Both the position numbers and the translations under genes were made by a program. Positions 32,322 to 37,549 of a stretch of 37,549 bases of DNA are shown here, in pieces (position 1 is the first letter of the stretch; every line of letters starts with the position of its first letter). Location: assembly GCA_021107915.1 (NCBI GenBank), contig JAIORY010000231.1:1-37549 (forward strand), in the 5' to 3' direction. The stretch comes from Bacteroidales bacterium. Lineage in GTDB: Bacteria; Bacteroidota; Bacteroidia; Bacteroidales; JAIORY01. The notes under the pieces were generated by a model. It had not been told where the DNA came from and searched no databases. It saw only the letters and a program-made list of their open reading frames with translations.

Positions 32322-33446
32322 TTAATGAGGTTTATAAATTGGTTCTCTTTTTGGTAGTTCTTTTATTCTCTCTACTGACAAAACAATTTCGCCAACAGTT
32401 CTTTTAAATATTGGAGTAGAAAATATCCAATTCTCAATATTTATTAATTTATCAACATCCCATCCTCGCTCTGATACCTTTTGTAAAAATACTCTTTTGT
32501 AAGCTTGAAAAATCGTACTATTGTTTAAATAAAACTGAACGGCTTCTTCTTTCGTATCAACTATATGCACAAATGGCAAACTACTTTTAACAACTTCTAC
32601 ATAAGACTGAAGACAAAATCTTTTTAAAAAATCATCGTCCGGTTTTTCTGGTATTCCAACAACTTTAAATGTATCAAAGTCGCATAAAAATAAATCCAGA
32701 TTGCCTTGTTCATCAATATTAATAACATCATTACCAATATTACTGTTAAGCAATCCCCTGAAACCTCCATTAAAATTCATATTTACTAATAGCAAAGCTT
32801 TAGTATAGGTATAAAATGAATTATTAATTCCTGTTAAATTCACTTCCCTTCCCAAGCCATGTCTTAAATCGAATAAATCCGATTTTACCTTTAAATTTAG
32901 CAGACTATCTATTGTTTGATTTTCATATTCAAATCTTGATTCAATTCTTGTTTCTGATACTGTTTTTTCAACAATGCAATATCCTTCTCCAATCGGAAAT
33001 ACAGCAACAGGAATGAGATTAGTTTGTAAATTGTACTTCTTGAAAAAACCATAACCCAGTATTTCTCTAATTACCTGATCTATGGTAAGAATACCATATG
33101 GTATCGTAGTTACTTTAACATTCTCCTCACCAAAAAACATACTCTCGCTTGGGAATTTTCTTTTTTCATGATATGGATTACACCCTTTTAATTTTAGCAT
33201 TTTATCAGATATAAAAGCTGATCTTTCGCCATGTCTATAAGCATATTGAACACCCTTTTCCGACTTTAACCACTTGGCTCTTGATAAAGGAACCTTAAAA
33301 TCATCAATCGAATTTTTGTATAGTTTGTTATCTGAAAGAATTTTTATTTCCCGATTTGATAATTGAACATTATTAATATGCTTACTAACAAAATCGGTAA
33401 TTGAATAAATATTACTTTCAAACTCATATAGCTTTATCTTTTCCAT
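32322..33446 (-). CDS. Hypothetical protein with SelO/YdiU-like atypical kinase-fold motifs
   Basis: G.RSA...KLKG, G......IRE, N...GN...DFD order parallels SelO GRA..LKG/RE/NTDN/DYG; tightly coupled in operon. Confidence 0.6.
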   Translation of the reverse strand: MEKIKLYEFESNIYSITDFVSKHINNVQLSNREIKILSDNKLYKNSIDDFKVPLSRAKWLKSEKGVQYAYRHGERSAFISDKMLKLKGCNPYHEKRKFPSESMFFGEENVKVTTIPYGILTIDQVIREILGYGFFKKYNLQTNLIPVAVFPIGEGYCIVEKTVSETRIESRFEYENQTIDSLLNLKVKSDLFDLRHGLGREVNLTGINNSFYTYTKALLLVNMNFNGGFRGLLNSNIGNDVINIDEQGNLDLFLCDFDTFKVVGIPEKPDDDFLKRFCLQSYVEVVKSSLPFVHIVDTKEEAVQFYLNNSTIFQAYKRVFLQKVSERGWDVDKLINIENWIFSTPIFKRTVGEIVLSVERIKELPKREPIYKPH

Positions 33447-33448
33447 AT

Positions 33449-35263
33449 CTATCGCAGGTGTTCAGAAACTGTCTGAAAACTTAAATTCATTCTGGATAAA
33501 AGTTCCAGGTCATGCTCGTTTTTTCTGGCAATCAAATAATTATTCATGACCAAAAAGTCAATTTTTCCTTTGCCAGATGAAAGGAAATTTTCAAGTGCAT
33601 GTTGTGGACTGTGAACAATAGGTTGTCTGATATTAAAAGATGTATTTACTAATATTGGAATTTTGGTTAATTTATGAAACTCTTTAATGAGATTATAAAA
33701 TGGTTTGTTCGAATCTTCTGAAACGACCTGCACTCTACCAGTATTATCATAATGCGTTACTGCCGGGATTTCCCCAATCTTTTCCGGTTTTATTTTATAA
33801 GAAAAAAGCATCCATTTATCAGATTCGGCACCACCTTTAGGTCTGATAAACCAATTATCCACCTCACTTTCCAAAACAGAAGGAGCTAATGGTCTAAACC
33901 ATTTACGTCCTTTAATATCCTGGCTTAATCTCTTTAATATATCACTTCGTCTGGGATCAGATAGAATACTTCTATTACCTAAAGCTCTTGGGCCAAATTC
34001 CATTCTACCCTGATACCAGGCTATTATTGCTCCTTTTGTTAACAGATCAGCGGTTATTGTGTCAATGTTTTCAATCTGAATAAACTGTATTTCATCACAA
34101 TTTGCCAGATACTCACTAATTTGATTATTATCAAATTGCGAACCCAGATATGGTGTAAATAGTTGATGATTAGTATTGCCAACAATATGTTTATCTACAT
34201 AAAGAGCAGCTCCTAATGCAGTTCCCATATCATTAGCTGCTGGTTGAATAAAAATATTTTTAAACTTACTATTTTCGAGAATGTATGTATTGGTAGTACA
34301 ATTAAGAGTAACTCCTCCCGCCATACATAAATTATCTGATCCAGTTAAATCGTGTAGCTTATTTGCCCAAATCAATACTATTTCGTTTGTTAATTTTTGC
34401 ATTGCTGCGGCAAAATCCATGTGATCCTGAGAAAACTCTTCATTTTCTTTTCTTGCTTTAAACCCAAATAATTTTTCATATTCTTCATGTGTTTCATATC
34501 TGAATTGAAATATCTCATCATTAATTTGGAAGTCACCTTCATTGTTGTAGTAAACAAATGACCGAAATTCTTTATAATAATTATCTGGATTTCCATAAGA
34601 TGCAAGAGCCATTAACTTTCCAGCTCCATATTCGCCCATTCCATTTATCAGTGCACTAAGAAATCTAGATGCTTTAGTCCATAGAAAACCAAGCGAATTG
34701 GGATAACCACCTTTTTCTTCAAATATTTGTAATAACCCCTTCCCTCCTTTTGCAAACATTCTGCTATAGTATTCTCCAATTCCATCAATGGTTAAAACAG
34801 CAGAATCCTCAAATGGTGAAACAAAATATGCACTTGCAGCATGACAAACATGATGAGGTATCCAATGCCATTTATTTCTTAAATCAACTCCATATTTACT
34901 TTCTAATATTTCTGGTATTGAGTTAACTAATTTATAATATTTGCTTTCTCCGGAAAGGCTCCCCCAATCTCCTTCAATAACATTACCATTTTGATCAATG
35001 TTTCTGATAAGTCTTTGAATAGGATCAAATGAAAATCCAATGTGATTAATTTCTTTAAAAGTAATATTAGCAAACTTCAAACATTCATTAATTGCTAGAA
35101 ATGGTAATTGATGTGGATTGGTAATTAAAGCTGATTTTCCATGCCTAACCCTGTTTAGTCTTTCTTCTTCAATTGCAAATAATACTTCACCATTTTTTAA
35201 TAAACAGGCTGCCGGTTCATGATAAACAGAATTAATTCCTAATATAAAAGTATCTTTACTCAT
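33449..35263 (-). CDS. O-carbamoyltransferase (CmcH/NodU/TobZ family)
   Basis: EEERLNR, HHVCHAAS, DGIGE, GKLMALA, AGGVTLNC, EFGPRALGNRS, NTSFN. Confidence 0.96.
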   Translation of the reverse strand: MSKDTFILGINSVYHEPAACLLKNGEVLFAIEEERLNRVRHGKSALITNPHQLPFLAINECLKFANITFKEINHIGFSFDPIQRLIRNIDQNGNVIEGDWGSLSGESKYYKLVNSIPEILESKYGVDLRNKWHWIPHHVCHAASAYFVSPFEDSAVLTIDGIGEYYSRMFAKGGKGLLQIFEEKGGYPNSLGFLWTKASRFLSALINGMGEYGAGKLMALASYGNPDNYYKEFRSFVYYNNEGDFQINDEIFQFRYETHEEYEKLFGFKARKENEEFSQDHMDFAAAMQKLTNEIVLIWANKLHDLTGSDNLCMAGGVTLNCTTNTYILENSKFKNIFIQPAANDMGTALGAALYVDKHIVGNTNHQLFTPYLGSQFDNNQISEYLANCDEIQFIQIENIDTITADLLTKGAIIAWYQGRMEFGPRALGNRSILSDPRRSDILKRLSQDIKGRKWFRPLAPSVLESEVDNWFIRPKGGAESDKWMLFSYKIKPEKIGEIPAVTHYDNTGRVQVVSEDSNKPFYNLIKEFHKLTKIPILVNTSFNIRQPIVHSPQHALENFLSSGKGKIDFLVMNNYLIARKNEHDLELLSRMNLSFQTVSEHLR

Positions 35264-35304
35264 TCAATTATTAAGTTAAAACATTAAAATTAAAAATTAG
35301 GAGA

Positions 35305-35312
35305 CAAAAATA
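35305..35312 (-). promoter_or_regulatory. Bacteroidetes -7 promoter motif for the carbamoyltransferase operon
   Basis: TATTTTTG on the minus strand, about 42 nt upstream of the start. Confidence 0.4.
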
Positions 35313-35422
35313 ATAAAGTAATGTAGAATTATACTACATTTTTGAAATTAATTGAGCTATACTCACACAGCTAACCACCTTTCTAATCCCCCAAAAACCA
35401 AACCCCAACAAAGTTTTTTCCA

Positions 35423-35608
35423 TCAAATCATCTTCCCAATCCTCGAATTTACCAGTATTCCGCTTAAAATTCCAATAGAGGTTTCGTATCCGAAGACTTT
35501 TAGTTTTTCGGAAATCTTTGTTTTTCTTTTGCACCGAGGTTTGATTTGATAATTTTCGTAGCATAGTTATTTATACATAAAGAATTATTGTAAATTTGTA
35601 GTATAAAA
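35423..35608. repeat. Repeat copy A: decayed 3' end of the 37167-end gene plus promoter
   Basis: Colinear with 36123-36308 (700-nt offset); first 128 nt match 37167-37298; TAAATTTG at 35591-35598. Confidence 0.92.
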
Positions 35609-35618
35609 AGTTATCATT

Positions 35619-35939
35619 ATGAAACATTTAGAAATAAAACAAAACGAACAAAATTATCCTGATTTATTTGAAAAAGACAATACCGAGCCTTTTTTAGTTG
35701 AAAATAGCAAAGGCAATCATTTTTTAGTTTTACCATTGCAACAAATGAATTGGCAGGAAATATTTTTTCAGTTATATCAATTACCTTCAAATTTGTTTTT
35801 ACATAAAAAAGAAGTGAAAACAAATTATGATAATATTGAGAATTTATGTGGTTCTATGGAAGGGTTGTTATCATCAAGTAATAGTTTTGCGCAAAACAAA
35901 CAAAATGAAATTGATTTGGAAAATAAAAAGTGGAAGTAA
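35619..35939 (+). CDS. Putative antitoxin
   Basis: 106 aa; TAATG coupling to a PIN remnant; LCG..SS..F...K..E..LE tail. Confidence 0.6.
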   Translation: MKHLEIKQNEQNYPDLFEKDNTEPFLVENSKGNHFLVLPLQQMNWQEIFFQLYQLPSNLFLHKKEVKTNYDNIENLCGSMEGLLSSSNSFAQNKQNEIDLENKKWK

Positions 35940-36004
35940 TGAAAACATATATTCTTGATGCTGTTGAAAAAAACTCAAAACTTAAATTTTATTGGTTGCG
36001 ATGA
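35939..36004 (+). pseudogene. PIN/VapC toxin remnant (N- and C-termini fused)
   Basis: MKTYILDA|VEKNSKLKFYWLR*: PIN first strand (ILD) joined to a PIN-like C-terminus. Confidence 0.65.
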
Positions 36005-36122
36005 AACCATTGCTTTAAAAGAAACAAAAAATTGATACTGATTATGAAGTTCAGTTTTTTTATTGTTGGCAACCATTTTTTAGAAATACAGAGTAAAAGA
36101 AAAAGATAGGAAAACTTATCTT

Positions 36123-36308
36123 TCAAATCATCTTCCCAATCCTCGAATTACCCAGTATCCCGCTTAAAATTCCAATAGAAGTTTCGTATCAAAAGACTTT
36201 TAATTTTTCGGCAATCTTTGTTTTTCTTTTGCGCCGAGGCTTGATTTGATAATTTTCGTAGCATAATTTTTAATACGTAAATAATTATTGTAAATTTGTA
36301 GTATAAAA
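36123..36308. repeat. Repeat copy B
   Basis: See copy A; TAAATTTG at 36291-36298. Confidence 0.92.
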
Positions 36309-36316
36309 TAGAAATA

Positions 36317-36640
36317 GTGAAAACAAATATTAAAATTCTAAAAAAACTAAAGAAATCTCTTATTAACAAGTTTGGAGAAAACATAAAAGAAGTGATTTTA
36401 TTTGGTTCCCATGTAACAGGCAAGGCTCACGAAAATTCCGATTATGATGTATTGGTTATATTAAACAATGATTATAACTGGAAATATAAGAGAGAAATCT
36501 TACACGTTTGTTATGATATTGAATTAGAACACGATATTTTTATTGATATTAAAATTATTTCTATTAATGAGTTAAATCATTCTATTAAAGGGCAGCATCC
36601 TTTATACGAAGAAGCTTTAAATAAAGGAATACTAATATGA
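36317..36640 (+). CDS. Minimal nucleotidyltransferase (MNT) antitoxin
   Basis: ILFGS...G.....SDYDVLVI motif; 107 aa; GTG start. Confidence 0.9.
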   Translation: MKTNIKILKKLKKSLINKFGENIKEVILFGSHVTGKAHENSDYDVLVILNNDYNWKYKREILHVCYDIELEHDIFIDIKIISINELNHSIKGQHPLYEEALNKGILI

Positions 36641-36833
36641 CATTAAATGATGAGAACAGGCAAAGTTTGATAAAAAATATAATCAGATTTTGAGAGATGC
36701 TTTTACTGTCCGTTCAGAGGCAGATTATGGAGAATTTGTTGAATTTACTGAAGATCAAGTACTCGAAATGTTTGAAGAAATGAAAGACTTTATAAATGTT
36801 GTTAAGCCATTAATACTATCCAAAGAATATTAA
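36637..36833 (+). pseudogene. HEPN domain remnant, internally deleted
   Basis: ATGA overlap with MNT; MTLNDENRQSLIK joined out of frame to DKKY..IL.DAF..R..ADY..F..FT......MFEEMK.FI. Confidence 0.8.
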
Positions 36834-36963
36834 TATTAATTTTCGGTTATACCGATACGGAATAGAATTGTAAATTTTTATAAAGTTTATCCTTACGGCA
36901 TAACTACTTCTAATAGAATACATGAAGTTTTCGGGATAATGTTTTTAATAGGAATCAGGATTT

Positions 36964-36989
36964 TAAACCTATCGAATTCGATAGGTTTA
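36964..36989. repeat. 26-bp perfect palindrome
   Basis: taaacctatcgaattcgataggttta. Confidence 0.85.
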
Positions 36990-37042
36990 GAAATAAAGTC
37001 GGGAGTAATTATTTTGTATTATCTAATGATTTATGGAAAAAA

Positions 37043-37130
37043 TTTATCATCGAATTGAACGAATTATACGAATTTTCAATTCGTTCAATTAGTGTAATTC
37101 GATGACAAAAATTATAATTTGATGACAAAA
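37043..37130. repeat. 9-10-nt periodic inverted-arm element
   Basis: tcatcgaattgaacgaattatacgaatt / aattcgttcaattagtgtaattcgatga. Confidence 0.7.
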
Positions 37131-37166
37131 CAAGGATATTTGTCATACACCCAATCTGCCTGTTTT

Positions 37167-37547
37167 TCAAATCATCTTCGCAATCCTCGAATTTCCCAAT
37201 ATTCCGCTTAAAATTCCAATAGAAGTTTCGTATCCGAAGACTTTTAGTTTTTCGGCGATTTTGGTTTGTTTTTCTTTGGAGCTTAGGCTTGATTTGATGA
37301 TTTTTTTAAGTTCTTTATATTGAGAGCCTTTTAGTTCGTCTTGTAATATTTCGTTAATGATGTTGATGATTTCTATTGAACTTGCATCATCTGTTTTTCC
37401 CGGAATACCGAAAATTTCAATTTCTGCTATTGCTGCTTCGAGAATTTCGCGGGCAAGTTTTTTTGAGGCGTCAATAATGGAGGATGAGCCTGATGTATCT
37501 CGTAATGACCAACTGCTATAATCAGATTCAATTTTTTCGATCTGAAT
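37167..37547 (-). CDS. 3' part of an unidentified gene running off the window
   Basis: Open 127-codon frame IQIEKIESD...KLKVFGYETSIGILSGILGNSRIAKMI*; not in the ORF track because no start is in the window. Confidence 0.75.
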   Translation of the reverse strand: MQIEKIESDYSSWSLRDTSGSSSIIDASKKLAREILEAAIAEIEIFGIPGKTDDASSIEIINIINEILQDELKGSQYKELKKIIKSSLSSKEKQTKIAEKLKVFGYETSIGILSGILGNSRIAKMI

Positions 37548-37549
37548 TA

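Noticed and set aside
35334-36423. Minus-strand ORFs 35334-35564 and 36148-36423 as paralogous genes
   Set aside because: Their similarity comes from off-frame readings of the repeat; the second also overlaps the MNT gene antisense
35423-37298. Possible DGR template/variable repeat pair at a gene 3' end
   Set aside because: Mismatches are not restricted to adenines, many are synonymous, and no reverse transcriptase is in the window

Overview
Low-GC Bacteroidetes-type (probably Bacteroidales) chromosomal window. Bases 1-18.9 kb hold the F-type ATP synthase genes (atpD, atpC ... atpB, atpE, atpF, atpH, atpA; minus strand). Nested between atpB and atpE, co-directionally, are a V/A-type ATPase cluster (E, DUF2764/C-like, A, B, D, I, K), a Ca2+/Na+ antiporter and a repeat-flanked GxxExxY nuclease gene. 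This 10-kb nested block is bracketed by inverted copies of a small MITE-like element (54/55 identical core). Its K subunit has a Na+-binding signature, whereas the F-type c subunit looks H+-type. The housekeeping ileS-dksA-lspA cluster follows. From about 23.6 kb the region is accessory. It contains internally deleted pseudogenes (RhuM, Bro-N, ABC ATPase, PIN, HEPN) and a compact 9.3-kb island of two convergent operons: hypothetical + TIR protein + SsuA/TauA-type ABC importer, facing carbamoyltransferase + SelO/kinase-like protein + divergent ureohydrolase. It ends in an array of toxin-antitoxin cassettes, each preceded by a decayed copy of the 3' end of the neighbouring gene plus a promoter. 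Intergenic DNA is full of 7-nt and 9-nt periodic repeats and palindromes. No rRNA, tRNA or CRISPR array was seen. All alignments were done by eye, and family calls come from motif recognition, not database searches.
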